This document shows positions 10,739-21,197 of a stretch of DNA of 64,000 nucleotides, one piece after another. Position 1 is the first letter of the stretch. The number at the start of each line of letters is the position of its first letter. Below the pieces are notes generated by a model that searched no databases, was not told the DNA's origin, and saw only the letters and a list, made by a program, of their open reading frames with translations. The DNA comes from Candidatus Omnitrophota bacterium (GTDB lineage Bacteria > Omnitrophota > Gorgyraeia > Gygaellales > Profunditerraquicolaceae): contig JAZDOJ010000007.1 of NCBI GenBank assembly GCA_043798795.1, positions 28,259-92,258 of the forward strand, read 5' to 3'. Both the position numbers and the translations under genes were made by a program.

Positions 10739-11522
10739 ACGAATCGTAAGTTCTGTCCTTCTTATCGCCCTCATCATTGTCGGGATTCAGATCGACTGGC
10801 TCTGCGGTCTCCTGGTCGCTTTATTTATCATCGGGGGGCTTTACGAATTCTTTACCATGCTGGAGCACAAAGGGATCAGCCTGTATAAATATTGCGGGAT
10901 AGGTATCGGCGCTATCATTCCTTTTTCCTTGATCTTTCGTTTTGAACTCACCAAGAGCTGGGAGTTGCTGTTTATCGTTTTGGCATTGTTGTTTCTCATT
11001 CTTATGCAGTTTCGGCGCAGAGAGAACTCAGGGGTGATCGTGGGAATTTCCACGACACTCTTCGGCATCCTCTATGTCTCCTGGTTCTTGAGTTTCCTTA
11101 TCAAGATAAGGTATCTGGCAGGAGGGCTGGGTTTGATCAGCAGCATCCTGTTGATTACCAAATTAGGCGATATCGGGGCGTATCTGGTGGGCTCGCGATT
11201 CGGTAAAAGGCCTCTTATTCCGCGCATCAGTCCCAACAAATCCGTCGAAGGGGCCTTAGGGGGATTGATTTTTAGTATCCTGGGGGCCTTGCTGAGCAGA
11301 GCCTTCTTAGGTTTTGCTTACGGACATCTTTTTTTCCTGGGTCTTTTTTTTGGGCTCTTAAGCCAATTAGGGGATTTGTCCGAGTCACTGATGAAGCGGG
11401 ATTGCCAGGTTAAGGATTCAGGATCGATCTTTCCTGGCTTGGGAGGCGCCTTGGATTCGGTGGACAGTCTCCTGTTTACGGCCCCTGTTTTTTATTTTTA
11501 CATGAGTATCATTTTAAAATGA
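10728..11522 (+). CDS. cdsA: Phosphatidate cytidylyltransferase
   Basis: Multi-pass membrane protein; ISPNKSVEG, GDLSESLMKR, KDSG.IFPG.GG.LD; start moved to ATG 10728. Confidence 0.95.
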   Translation: MQTRRIVSSVLLIALIIVGIQIDWLCGLLVALFIIGGLYEFFTMLEHKGISLYKYCGIGIGAIIPFSLIFRFELTKSWELLFIVLALLFLILMQFRRRENSGVIVGISTTLFGILYVSWFLSFLIKIRYLAGGLGLISSILLITKLGDIGAYLVGSRFGKRPLIPRISPNKSVEGALGGLIFSILGALLSRAFLGFAYGHLFFLGLFFGLLSQLGDLSESLMKRDCQVKDSGSIFPGLGGALDSVDSLLFTAPVFYFYMSIILK

Positions 11523-12673
11523 CGTCTATCGTGCTGCTTGGCTCAACGGGTTCCATTGGTCAAAACGCGCTGGAAGTGGTGCGGCGGTTTCCGGACAAAT
11601 TCCGGGTGACAGGCTTAAGCACCCATTCCAATGTCGACCTTTTATCCAGGCAGATAAGCGAATTCCATCCTGAGTTTGTTTGCGTCAAAGACGCCTTGGT
11701 TGCGCAAAGTTTAGGGCGCAGGAAAAAGGCTGGACTTAAGATCCTGATAGGAGAGAAAGGGCTTAGTGAGTTGATTGAGAAGTCAAAAGCTAAAAAAGTC
11801 CTGTTGGCCATAAGTGGTTCCGGAGCCCTTCTACCCTTGCTAAAGGCTATTGATGAGGGAAAACAGATAGCCTTGGCGAATAAAGAGGCCATGGTCATGG
11901 CAGGCGCTCTTGTAATGAAAAAAGCCAAGGAGAAGAAAGTTGAGATCATTCCCATCGACAGCGAACAGTCAGCCATCTGGCAGTGTCTGGCTAAAGATAA
12001 ATCCAGCCCTCTGAAAACCATATATCTGACGGCTTCCGGCGGCCCCTTCAGACAGGTAAGCCAAAAAGCCCTCAAAGATATTTCTGTCAGGGAAGTTTTA
12101 AATCATCCCCGCTGGAAGATGGGAAAAAAGATTACGGTGGACTCGGCGACCCTCATGAACAAAGGGCTGGAACTTCTGGAAGCGATGTTCTTGTTTGACA
12201 TGCCTTGTGAGAAAATAAAAATAGTCGTTCATCCGCAAGCCATCGTCCATTCCATGGTTGAGTTCCTTGATGGTGTTATCCTGGCGCAGCTATCGGCGAC
12301 GGATATGCGTATTCCTATACAATACGCTTTGACGCACCCCTTGCGTCTTTCCAGCGGTTTTCCTCGCGTGGATTTCTTTAAACTAAGAGAGCTCTCTTTT
12401 TATAAGCCTGATTTCAAGAAGTTTCCCTGTTTAGGATTAGCCTATCGGGCGGCCCGCACCCTGGGGACCTTGCCGGCTGTCTTGAATGCTGCTAATGAAG
12501 TGTGCGTGGATGCGTTTTTGAGGCAAAGGATCAAATTTATTTCTATTCCCCAAATTATCGAGAAGGTCATGGACAGGCACCGCTCTACCCGGAATCCTGA
12601 TTTAGGCGAAATTTTACACGCGGATCAGTGGGCGAGGCTAGAAGCGGACCGCGTCATCGAAAATATGAATTAG
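11519..12673 (+). CDS. dxr: 1-deoxy-D-xylulose-5-phosphate reductoisomerase
   Basis: LGSTGSIG, LANKE, PIDSE, LTASGGPF, HPRWKMGKKITVDSA. Confidence 0.97.
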   Translation: MTSIVLLGSTGSIGQNALEVVRRFPDKFRVTGLSTHSNVDLLSRQISEFHPEFVCVKDALVAQSLGRRKKAGLKILIGEKGLSELIEKSKAKKVLLAISGSGALLPLLKAIDEGKQIALANKEAMVMAGALVMKKAKEKKVEIIPIDSEQSAIWQCLAKDKSSPLKTIYLTASGGPFRQVSQKALKDISVREVLNHPRWKMGKKITVDSATLMNKGLELLEAMFLFDMPCEKIKIVVHPQAIVHSMVEFLDGVILAQLSATDMRIPIQYALTHPLRLSSGFPRVDFFKLRELSFYKPDFKKFPCLGLAYRAARTLGTLPAVLNAANEVCVDAFLRQRIKFISIPQIIEKVMDRHRSTRNPDLGEILHADQWARLEADRVIENMN

Positions 12674-12679
12674 GTAAAT

Positions 12680-13771
12680 ATGCTGACATTTCTTATCTTT
12701 ATTCTTATCTTAAGCACGGTCATTGTCGTGCACGAATTCGGGCATTTTATGATGGCGAGAAGAATGGGTGTGCGCGTGGAGAAGTTTTCTTTGGGGTTTG
12801 GCCCTGCGCTCCTGAAGAAGAAAAAGGATGAGACAGAATATTGTCTGAGCGCTATTCCCTTGGGGGGCTACGTCAAGCTCGCCGGTGACAATCTGGAAGA
12901 ATATCAGGGGAAGAAGGATGAGTATTTGGCGCAGGCACCGGGCAGGCGGTTTCACGTTATTTTTTTTGGCCCCCTGCTTAATTATATTCTAGGACTGTTG
13001 CTTTTCTGGGTGATATTTGTTGTAGGTTATCCGTCCCTGACGACTCGGGTTGGCGGGCTGTTGGATGATTTCGGCGCCAAGGATGCAGGATTGCAAGTGG
13101 GAGACAAGATTGAAGCCGTAGACGGAAAGGCGGTGGTTCTTTGGGAGGAGCTCCAGAAGATTATTCAGAGCAAGAAAACCGCTGAAAAGGTAAGATTGAC
13201 GGTTCTGCGCGATGATGATAAGTTTGAGCTGGAGGTGCGCATAAGAGAAAAAAGCATGGACGATTCTTTAGGCCAGAAGCGTAGCGTCGGTTTATTGGGT
13301 ATAACGCCAGCTGATGAGATTATTACGGTCAAGCACGGTATCCTGGAATCTTTGGGCCTGGGGATCAGCAAGACTTGGGAGCTGACCGTCATGACCTATA
13401 AGGCATTAGGGTTTATGATCACAGGCAGGATTTCTATGCGCGAGTCGATCACGGGTCTACCCGGCATGTATTTTATAACTTCCAGAGCTGCCCAGATGGG
13501 GGTGGTGGCGATATTACATCTGGTAGCTGTTTTATCTTTGAGTCTGGCCATATTCAACCTTCTGCCCCTGCCGGTCCTTGACGGCGGACATATCCTTTTC
13601 CTGGGGGTCGAAAAAATAAGGGGGAAGGGTTTGAGTTTGAATGTGGATCGTCTGGTCACGCAGGTTGGGACCATGCTGATCCTGACTTTGGCCGTATTTG
13701 TAACCTATAATGACCTGGTGAGGTTTTACGGAGACAAGATAGACAAGGTTTGGGAGTGGTTTGTCAGGTGA
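12680..13771 (+). CDS. rseP: RIP metalloprotease RseP
   Basis: HEFGH, PLGGYV, PDZ domain, NLLPLPVLDGG. Confidence 0.96.
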   Translation: MLTFLIFILILSTVIVVHEFGHFMMARRMGVRVEKFSLGFGPALLKKKKDETEYCLSAIPLGGYVKLAGDNLEEYQGKKDEYLAQAPGRRFHVIFFGPLLNYILGLLLFWVIFVVGYPSLTTRVGGLLDDFGAKDAGLQVGDKIEAVDGKAVVLWEELQKIIQSKKTAEKVRLTVLRDDDKFELEVRIREKSMDDSLGQKRSVGLLGITPADEIITVKHGILESLGLGISKTWELTVMTYKALGFMITGRISMRESITGLPGMYFITSRAAQMGVVAILHLVAVLSLSLAIFNLLPLPVLDGGHILFLGVEKIRGKGLSLNVDRLVTQVGTMLILTLAVFVTYNDLVRFYGDKIDKVWEWFVR

Positions 13772-13777
13772 CGCCCT

Positions 13778-14845
13778 ATGAAGATCACAAGACGTAAATC
13801 CAGAATCGTGAAGATTGGTTCTGTTTCTATCGGAGGCACGTATCCGGTCGCCATCCAGTCTATGGTTAAGACCAAGACTTCTCGCATTGAGAAAGTGGTG
13901 AGAGAAATACAGGGCCTGGAAAGGGCCGGTTGCGAGATTGTCCGCGTTGCGGTCAAGGATTCATCCGATGCTTTGGGGATCAAAAAAATCAAACAAAGGG
14001 TGAATCTCCCTATTGTAGCGGATATCCATTTTGATTGGCGCTTAGGGATCAAGTCCATAGAGAGCGGAGCAGATAAGATCCGGTTGAATCCGGGCAATAT
14101 CTATAAAGAGACCCAGATCAAAGAAGTGGTGCGTGCCCTGAAGACCCACGGTGTGCCTTTACGTATTGGAGTTAACTCCGGTTCCGTAAGGAATCTCCGG
14201 GACAAAAGATCGAGCATGGCCGATAAATTAGTGACGAGTTGCCTAAATTATGTTAGGATAGTGGAGAAGCTAAAGTTCTTTGATATCGTCCTTTCCCTCA
14301 AGGGTTCTGGTTGTTTAGATACGCTAGAGGCTTACCGCAAGATGGCCAAATGTTGCGATTATCCTTTGCACCTAGGTGTGACGGCCACAGGCCTGAGCCT
14401 TCAGGGAGCTATCAAATCCAGTATCGCCATCGGCTCTCTTTTGTTGGATGGCATCGGCGATACTATCAGAATTTCTTTGACCGAGGAGCCCCGTCAGGAA
14501 GTGAAGGTAGCACAGATCATCCTGGAATCTTTGGGTCTCGGTACCTTCAGGCCGGAAATTATCAGTTGTCCGACCTGCGGCCGCTGCGAGGTGGATTTAG
14601 TTAAGATAGTAAAGGAACTAGAAAATAAATTATCGACTATACACTATAGACCATTGACCCATTCCCTCAAGGTCGCTGTGATGGGTTGCGTGGTGAACGG
14701 CCCTGGGGAGGCGAGGGAGGCGGATATCGGAATAGCCTTTGGTAAGAAAGAAGGGCTCTTGTTTAGAAACGGCAAGCCCATAAGAAAAATCACTTATGCT
14801 CAAGGTGTCACGGCCCTGCTTAAAGAGATGGAGGCAAAATGGTGA
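13778..14845 (+). CDS. ispG: HMBPP synthase
   Basis: QSM, VADIHF, RLNPGNI, GDTIRISLT, SCPTCGRC, MGCVVNGPGE. Confidence 0.97.
   Translation: MKITRRKSRIVKIGSVSIGGTYPVAIQSMVKTKTSRIEKVVREIQGLERAGCEIVRVAVKDSSDALGIKKIKQRVNLPIVADIHFDWRLGIKSIESGADKIRLNPGNIYKETQIKEVVRALKTHGVPLRIGVNSGSVRNLRDKRSSMADKLVTSCLNYVRIVEKLKFFDIVLSLKGSGCLDTLEAYRKMAKCCDYPLHLGVTATGLSLQGAIKSSIAIGSLLLDGIGDTIRISLTEEPRQEVKVAQIILESLGLGTFRPEIISCPTCGRCEVDLVKIVKELENKLSTIHYRPLTHSLKVAVMGCVVNGPGEAREADIGIAFGKKEGLLFRNGKPIRKITYAQGVTALLKEMEAKW
14631..14664 (+). repeat. Degenerate 7-bp tandem repeat inside ispG
   Basis: TATCGAC TATACAC TATAGAC CATTGAC CCATTC. Confidence 0.65.
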
Positions 14846-16101
14846 ATAAGGACTTTAAAGACAGGATCAGGCGAAAACTTATCGCCGATTATCGGGAAAT
14901 ACTCTCCAAGGAGTCCATTGATTCCAAACAGCTTGAAGGGGCTATTGGTTATATCTGGGATGAGATGATCCGTCGGGAAGGTATAGCGGTTTCGCAAGAA
15001 GAGAGGGCAAAAATAACCACGGATCTCATCCATGAATTCGCAGGGTTCGGGCCCCTGGAGACCCTTATGAAAGATCCTGTTGTCACCGAGATTATGGTCA
15101 ATGGCGCGGACAAGGTTTATGTGGAGCGTAACGGCAAGACCGAACGGACCCCCATTGTTTTTGAAAGTGAGCGGCAGCTTTTGAATCTGGTCGATAAAAT
15201 TCTCACCGCCACCCGCCGTCACGTCGATGAAAGCTATCCCTATACGGAAGTCGCTTTGAAAGACGGCTGCAGGGTCAACATTGTGATTCCACCCCTGGCT
15301 TTAGATGGTCCGATGTTGACCATCAGAAAATTCACAAAAGAGATCAATGCGGTGGAGGATTTGATAAACCTCAAAACCTTGGATAAGCGAATCAGTGATT
15401 TTCTCATTGCCTGCGTAAGAGCAAAGGTCAACATCATATTCTCGGGTGCGACGGGTGCTGGAAAGACTACGAGTCTTAATGTTTTTTCTTCTTATATCAA
15501 CAATGAAGAGCGCGTCATCACCATTGAAGATACGGCAGAACTGCGCCTGGATCAGGAACATGTGGTGCGGATGGAGGTCAAGCAGGCCAATATCGAAGGC
15601 AAGGGCGAGATCGGCATACGAGAGCTTTTTAAGAATTCTTTGCGCATGCGGCCGGACAGGATTATCTTGGGTGAAATCAGGGGTCAGGAAGCCCTGGATT
15701 TGCTTCAGTCCATCTGTTCCGGGCACAACGGCTCGCTTTCGGTCATCCACGCGAGTTCCCCTCAGGATGTCATCCGTCGTATTGAGGTGATGATTTTGAC
15801 TTCAGGGACGCCGATCCTTGAGCAGGTTATTCATCGTCAGATTGCCGCCGCCATCAATCTGATCATCCAACAGGAACAAATGGTGGATGGCTCAAGAAAG
15901 GTCACCCACGTCACTCAAATAAACGGCATGAAAGATGGACAAGTCGTCCTGGAGGATATTTTTCTTTATGCAAGCGAGGAAACAGGCTCAGGTCTTCCAG
16001 AGGTAGGCCGATGGAAGGCCACGGGCATCATCCCGGTGTTTTATCCTCAATTTAAAAAAGCAGGTGTCGATTTGCCAAGAGAGATATTCAATAAGGATTA
16101 G
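14839..16101 (+). CDS. cpaF: CpaF/TadA-family pilus assembly ATPase
   Basis: GFGPLE.L, EIMVNG, GATGAGKTT Walker A, TIEDTAEL, LRMRPDRIILGEIRG, GHNGSLSVIH. Confidence 0.92.
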   Translation: MVNKDFKDRIRRKLIADYREILSKESIDSKQLEGAIGYIWDEMIRREGIAVSQEERAKITTDLIHEFAGFGPLETLMKDPVVTEIMVNGADKVYVERNGKTERTPIVFESERQLLNLVDKILTATRRHVDESYPYTEVALKDGCRVNIVIPPLALDGPMLTIRKFTKEINAVEDLINLKTLDKRISDFLIACVRAKVNIIFSGATGAGKTTSLNVFSSYINNEERVITIEDTAELRLDQEHVVRMEVKQANIEGKGEIGIRELFKNSLRMRPDRIILGEIRGQEALDLLQSICSGHNGSLSVIHASSPQDVIRRIEVMILTSGTPILEQVIHRQIAAAINLIIQQEQMVDGSRKVTHVTQINGMKDGQVVLEDIFLYASEETGSGLPEVGRWKATGIIPVFYPQFKKAGVDLPREIFNKD

Positions 16102-16103
16102 AT

Positions 16104-17399
16104 ATGTTTTGGTCTAAGACGCTTATTCCTACGTTAAAGGAAGTTCCTCAGGAAACAGAATCCATTAGTCATCAGCTGCTTTTGCGCTCCGGCTGTGTCC
16201 GGATGCTTATGGCAGGGGTTTACTCCTACTTGCCTTTGGGTTTTAAGGTCTTAAAGAATATCGAAAAGATCATACGCCAAGAATTGAACAAGGCAGGAGC
16301 CAGTGAGCTGTTGCTTCCGGCTTTGCAGCCTATCGAGATCTGGCAGCGCTCAGGCCGCGATCAGGATTTAGGCGCGGTGATGGTCCGTTTCCAGGACAGA
16401 AAAGGCAGAAGCGTGTGTCTGGGCCCGACCCACGAAGAGGTCATCACGGATCTCGTCAAGAACCACGTGTCCAGTTATAGGCAGCTGCCCCTGGTTTTGT
16501 ATCAGATCCAGACGAAATTCCGGGATGAGATCCGGCCGCGTTCCGGGCTCATCAGGTCTTGCGAATTCATCATGAAAGATGCCTATAGTTTTGATGCGGA
16601 TTCCGCAGGCCTGGACAAAAATTATAAAGCGATGTTCGAGGCTTACAAAAAGATATTTAAGAGATGCGGGCTCGAAATTCTGATCACCGAGGCAGACCCC
16701 GGGGTCATGGGGGGTAACGTATCTCATGAATTTATGGTACCCAGCCGCGAGGGAGAGGATATCGTATGGTTGTGTCCAAGTTGTAAGCGTGTCAAAGCGT
16801 TCGGCCCGACGGATATGAACAAGGAGACAGGAGCCCCTGCGACAGGAGAAGAGGCTACAAAACAAACTTGTGACTGTGGCAGCTCCATGAATCCGATCAA
16901 CACCATTGAAGTCGGGCATATCTTTCAGTTGGGCACAAAATACAGCGCAAGCTTCAATGCCAATTTCCTCGATGCCGAGGGAAAGCTTAAGCCCCTCATC
17001 ATGGGTTGTTACGGAATAGGGGTCTCGCGTCTTGTATCCGGCATTGTGGCGCAAAATAACGACAAAGATGGTATCATCTGGCCCAAGGAAGTTTCTCCCT
17101 TTCAAGTGAGTATCCTTGTTTTGAGCGCAGAAGACCGAAAGTTGATGGATACAGCCCTTTCTGTTTATGAAGAGCTAGAAAGGCTGGGGTTTGATGTGCT
17201 AATGGATGACCGGCCGCAAGAAAGTTCGGGCGTCAAATTCAAAGACGCGGACCTGCTGGGGATTCCCCTACAGATCATCATCGGGAAGCAATCCCTGGAG
17301 AAGGAACTTTTAGAATTAAAAATAAGGCACTCTCAAGAAAAGAGGATGAAGCCAAGACCCGAGATCATAAAGGAAATAGAGATGTTTTTTCATGGATAG
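16104..17399 (+). CDS. proS: Proline--tRNA ligase (short form, no full editing domain)
   Basis: LGPTHEE, KFRDEIRPR, EFIMKDAYSF, EVGHIFQLG, GCYGIGVSR. Confidence 0.97.
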   Translation: MFWSKTLIPTLKEVPQETESISHQLLLRSGCVRMLMAGVYSYLPLGFKVLKNIEKIIRQELNKAGASELLLPALQPIEIWQRSGRDQDLGAVMVRFQDRKGRSVCLGPTHEEVITDLVKNHVSSYRQLPLVLYQIQTKFRDEIRPRSGLIRSCEFIMKDAYSFDADSAGLDKNYKAMFEAYKKIFKRCGLEILITEADPGVMGGNVSHEFMVPSREGEDIVWLCPSCKRVKAFGPTDMNKETGAPATGEEATKQTCDCGSSMNPINTIEVGHIFQLGTKYSASFNANFLDAEGKLKPLIMGCYGIGVSRLVSGIVAQNNDKDGIIWPKEVSPFQVSILVLSAEDRKLMDTALSVYEELERLGFDVLMDDRPQESSGVKFKDADLLGIPLQIIIGKQSLEKELLELKIRHSQEKRMKPRPEIIKEIEMFFHG

Positions 17400-17859
17400 G
17401 CAGGAACGTATCGAAGAATTAAGAGGCACGATTCAGGAGTTTCTCAGCCGCCAGCATTTTGATCTCGTCGACCTTATTTACAGATTCGAAGGCCGGGATT
17501 TGTTCCTTAGGATTCTGGTGGACAAACCGGAAGGAGGGATCACGCTGGAGGATTGCGCGCATCTTAACAAAGAAATCAGTCTGTTGCTGGATGAAAAAGA
17601 TTTGGTGCAGCAAAGGTTCATCCTGGAGGTTTCCAGCCCAGGCCTGGACAGGCCCTTAAAGACAAAAAATGATTTTTCACGTTGTCTCAACAGGCAAGTC
17701 AAATTCTTTCTGAACGATGCGGCCCAGGGCCGATGGGAGTGGGAGGGTCTTATTCTTGAAGTCGAAGAGGATCGCGTCATCATTGGGGCGAAAGACACGA
17801 GGGTGACCTTGCCTTTGTCAAAGGTTGCCAAGGCAAAACAGATTATAGAAAATATTTAG
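17392..17859 (+). CDS. rimP: Ribosome maturation factor RimP
   Basis: LRILVDK..GITLEDC, LEVSSPGLDRPL; upstream of nusA. Confidence 0.95.
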   Translation: MDRQERIEELRGTIQEFLSRQHFDLVDLIYRFEGRDLFLRILVDKPEGGITLEDCAHLNKEISLLLDEKDLVQQRFILEVSSPGLDRPLKTKNDFSRCLNRQVKFFLNDAAQGRWEWEGLILEVEEDRVIIGAKDTRVTLPLSKVAKAKQIIENI

Positions 17860-17873
17860 AAATTGGAGTCAAA

Positions 17874-19085
17874 ATGAGTCAAGAATTATTAGCTATCATT
17901 GAGCAGATTGAAAGAGAAAAAGGCATCAAGAAGGAAGTTTTGATCAGTGCTGTGGAAAGCGCGCTGCTGAGTGCCGCCAAAAAAGTCATTGATGTTAAGC
18001 CTGATGAAGAACTTAAAGTCGAACTGGATACCAGTTCGGGGAAAGTCAAGGTCTTTAAAAACGAGGAAGAGGTTCGTTCTGTTGATTTCGGGCGGATAGC
18101 GGCTTCGACAGCTAGGCAGGTGATTATCCAGAAGATGCGCGAGGCCGAAAAGGATGTCGTTTTTAATGAATTCCAGGGCCGGGTCACGGAGATTGTCAGC
18201 GGTACGGTTTACCGATTTGAAAAAGGCAATATCATCGTGGATCTTCTGGGCAAGGCCGAAGGCCTGCTCCTTAAACGGGAACAGTCTCCTCGGGAAGAAT
18301 TCAAGCAGGGCCAACGGATCAGGGCTTATGTTGTTGAAGTCAAAAAAGATACCAAGGGGCCGCAGATCATGCTCTCCCGGGCCCATCCGAACCTGGTGAA
18401 AAAACTGTTTGAATTAGAGGTTCCGGAGATTTACGAAGGGATCGTCGAGATCAAGTCCATTTCCCGTCAGGCCGGAGAACGCACCAAGATTGCCGTTTGG
18501 TCTAAAAACGAAAAAGTGGATTCCGTAGGGGCCTGTGTGGGCGTGCGGGGAAACCGGGTCAGAAATATCGTGAATGAGCTGCAGGGAGAGAAGATCGATA
18601 TCGTGCGTTTTAGCGAAGATATCAGGGAATACATAAAAGCCGCCCTGTCCCCCGCAGAGGTCTCGGAGATAAAATTGGAAAAAGAGAATCTTAAGGCCAC
18701 GGTCATTGTGGACGATAGCCAGTTATCGCTGTCGATCGGTAAACACGGACAGAACGTGAGACTGGCTTCCCGACTGATTGGTTGGGAACTGGATATTCGA
18801 ACCAAGACAGCCCTTTTGGAAGCCGAGAAAGCCAAGAAAGCCGAGCAAGAGAAAGAGGAGGTTGCACCTTTGCCAAAAACAGAGAAGAAAAAGAAGAAAG
18901 AGGCCGTTTCCCTCCAACAGCTTTCAGGCATAGGAGAGAAGACTCTGGAAAACCTGAAGGCAGCCGGGATAAAATCCATCGAAGATCTTTTGAAGGCAGG
19001 CACTCCTGGCTTGACCAAGATAAAAGGCATTGGCGATAAGAAAGCGCAAAAATTAATCGAAGAAGCCAAGAATCTCAAGGCTTAA
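17874..19085 (+). CDS. nusA: Transcription factor NusA with C-terminal HhH repeats
   Basis: FGRIAA..ARQVI.QK, S1 domain, GACVG.RG.R, IGKHGQNVRLA. Confidence 0.97.
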   Translation: MSQELLAIIEQIEREKGIKKEVLISAVESALLSAAKKVIDVKPDEELKVELDTSSGKVKVFKNEEEVRSVDFGRIAASTARQVIIQKMREAEKDVVFNEFQGRVTEIVSGTVYRFEKGNIIVDLLGKAEGLLLKREQSPREEFKQGQRIRAYVVEVKKDTKGPQIMLSRAHPNLVKKLFELEVPEIYEGIVEIKSISRQAGERTKIAVWSKNEKVDSVGACVGVRGNRVRNIVNELQGEKIDIVRFSEDIREYIKAALSPAEVSEIKLEKENLKATVIVDDSQLSLSIGKHGQNVRLASRLIGWELDIRTKTALLEAEKAKKAEQEKEEVAPLPKTEKKKKKEAVSLQQLSGIGEKTLENLKAAGIKSIEDLLKAGTPGLTKIKGIGDKKAQKLIEEAKNLKA

Positions 19086-19103
19086 GATAAAGGAATTTGA
19101 CTC

Positions 19104-21197
19104 ATGGCGAAATTAAAGGAAAAGAAAGTGGAGCACAAGAAGGTCAAGGTCGTAACGCAAAAGACCAAAAAAACGGTTGGCAATAAGCCCGTTAGACTTA
19201 AGGTTTCTTTAAAGCCCAAAGAGAAAGCCGCCCTTAAGCCTAAAAAACCCCTTTCTGTCAAACCAAAAATTGTCAGAAAAAAAGCAAAGATAGCTGCAGT
19301 TTCTCCTGCGCCTCCAATTTTGACCCAGGAGCCTCAGGTCAAGAAGGTCGTGTCGCCACCTCCACCTCCACCTCCACCTGCGCCTGAGCCGCGCGTGGCT
19401 CCCATCACAAAACCGGCTCCTCAAGAAGTCGCTGTTACCCCCGCCAAAGAGCTTGAGCTTGAATTTCCCATCACCCTAAAGGATTTAGCAGTTAAATTAC
19501 AGGAGAAGCCTTCCACATTGATAAAGATTCTTATGGATATGAGGATCATGGTAGGTATCAATCAGACCCTCGAGGAAGCCGTGGTCAGCAAGATCTGTGA
19601 AAAATATCAGTATGCGATCAAGAAGGCCCCTGACCAGGAGGAATTGGCCTTACGCCTGCATAAGGAGACGGATTCGCCTGAAAATCTAAAACCCCGCTTT
19701 CCTATTGTGACTCTTATGGGCCATGTCGATCATGGTAAAACGTCTTTATTGGACGCTATCAGGAAATCCAAGGTTGTCGATTCAGAGCATGGGGGGATCA
19801 CCCAGCATATCGGCGCTTACAAAGTGATTCTTCCTCACGGCGAGATAACGTTCCTGGACACACCTGGCCATGAGGCTTTTACGGCGATGCGCGCCCGCGG
19901 AGCCAGCATTACAGATATTGTCGTACTGGTGGTGGCTGCGGATGACGGCATGATGCCACAGACCGAGGAGGCTATTGATCATGCGCGTGCGGCTGGCGTA
20001 CCCATCATTGTGGCTGTCAATAAGATGGATAAGCCCCAGGCAGATATCGACCGCGTGAAGAAACAGCTTTCTAAGCTTGAGCTGGCAGCAGAGGACTGGG
20101 GAGGAAAAACGATCACGGTCCCAGTGTCGGCAAAGACAGGCCAGGGAATGGATGACCTCTTAGAGATGATTCTTTTGGAAGCCCAGATGTTGGAGCTTAA
20201 GGCTAATCCCGAACGCCCGGCATCTGGCGTGGTGATAGAGTCGAAAATGGCCAAAGGTAGAGGCCCCGTAGTCACTTTGCTCATTCATAGTGGTACGTTG
20301 CATCTAAATGAAAATATCATCGTCGGCACCTTTTACGGAAAAATAAGAGCCATGTTTAACGATAGAGGTCATTCCGTGACCAGCGTTGGCCCTTCTTCTC
20401 CCGTTGAGGTCCTGGGGATCTCCGGGATTCCTGCGGCCGGAGAGCCGTTTTTTGTGATTGAAGATGAAAAAGAGGCCAAGGGATTGGCTGCCGCACGCAT
20501 GGAAAAATTGAAGCTTCGCCAGATGAAATCCGTTAAAAGAGTGAGCCTTGAGGATCTCCATGCAGAAATAGAGGCCGGTAAGATTAAGGAATTGAAATTG
20601 ATCATCAAGGCAGATGTGCAAGGGTCTTTGGAGGCGATCAAGGACACCTTGAATAAAATCAATGCTTCTGAGATCAAACTCGATTTTATTCATATGGGGG
20701 TAGGCAATATCAATGCGTCGGATGCCATATTGGCTGTTGCCTCCAATGCTCTTATCCTGGGGTTCAATATCGCACAGGATGAAGGCTCCAAAGAGATCGC
20801 GGCTAAGGAAGGGCTTGACATCAGGATGTATAACATTATCTATGAGCTGGCTAATGATATCAAGGCAGCTTTGGAAGGCATGCTTGAGCCTAAGATCAAG
20901 AAGGTCTTTGTGGGCAGGGCAGAAATCAGGAAGGTGCTCAAGCTTTCAAGAGCCGGTACGGTAGCCGGCTGTTTTGTAGCGAAAGGTAAAATCAGCCGTA
21001 ACAACCTCATTCACCTGGTCAGAAACGACGAACTTGTCTTCGAGGGAAAACTATCTTCTTTAAAACGCTTCAAGGATGATGTCCGGGAGGTCAGCGAAGG
21101 TTTTGAATGCGGCTTAACCTTGGCCGGATTCGATGATGTGCATGAAGGGGACCTCGTTGAGGCGTTTGAGATAGAGAAAATAGCACGCAAGCTATGA
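19104..21197 (+). CDS. infB: Translation initiation factor IF-2
   Basis: [30 protein letters not shown]; Lys/Pro-rich N-terminus. Confidence 0.98.
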   Translation: MAKLKEKKVEHKKVKVVTQKTKKTVGNKPVRLKVSLKPKEKAALKPKKPLSVKPKIVRKKAKIAAVSPAPPILTQEPQVKKVVSPPPPPPPPAPEPRVAPITKPAPQEVAVTPAKELELEFPITLKDLAVKLQEKPSTLIKILMDMRIMVGINQTLEEAVVSKICEKYQYAIKKAPDQEELALRLHKETDSPENLKPRFPIVTLMGHVDHGKTSLLDAIRKSKVVDSEHGGITQHIGAYKVILPHGEITFLDTPGHEAFTAMRARGASITDIVVLVVAADDGMMPQTEEAIDHARAAGVPIIVAVNKMDKPQADIDRVKKQLSKLELAAEDWGGKTITVPVSAKTGQGMDDLLEMILLEAQMLELKANPERPASGVVIESKMAKGRGPVVTLLIHSGTLHLNENIIVGTFYGKIRAMFNDRGHSVTSVGPSSPVEVLGISGIPAAGEPFFVIEDEKEAKGLAAARMEKLKLRQMKSVKRVSLEDLHAEIEAGKIKELKLIIKADVQGSLEAIKDTLNKINASEIKLDFIHMGVGNINASDAILAVASNALILGFNIAQDEGSKEIAAKEGLDIRMYNIIYELANDIKAALEGMLEPKIKKVFVGRAEIRKVLKLSRAGTVAGCFVAKGKISRNNLIHLVRNDELVFEGKLSSLKRFKDDVREVSEGFECGLTLAGFDDVHEGDLVEAFEIEKIARKL
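19356..19379 (+). repeat. (CCACCT)x4 encoding poly-Pro in IF-2
   Basis: Four exact 6-mers encoding P8. Confidence 0.85.

Noticed and set aside
16368-17105. Long antisense ORFs (e.g. 245 aa opposite proS, 203 aa opposite nusA, 199 aa opposite FNOR)
   Set aside because: Shadows of well-conserved sense genes, with no motifs or translation signals.
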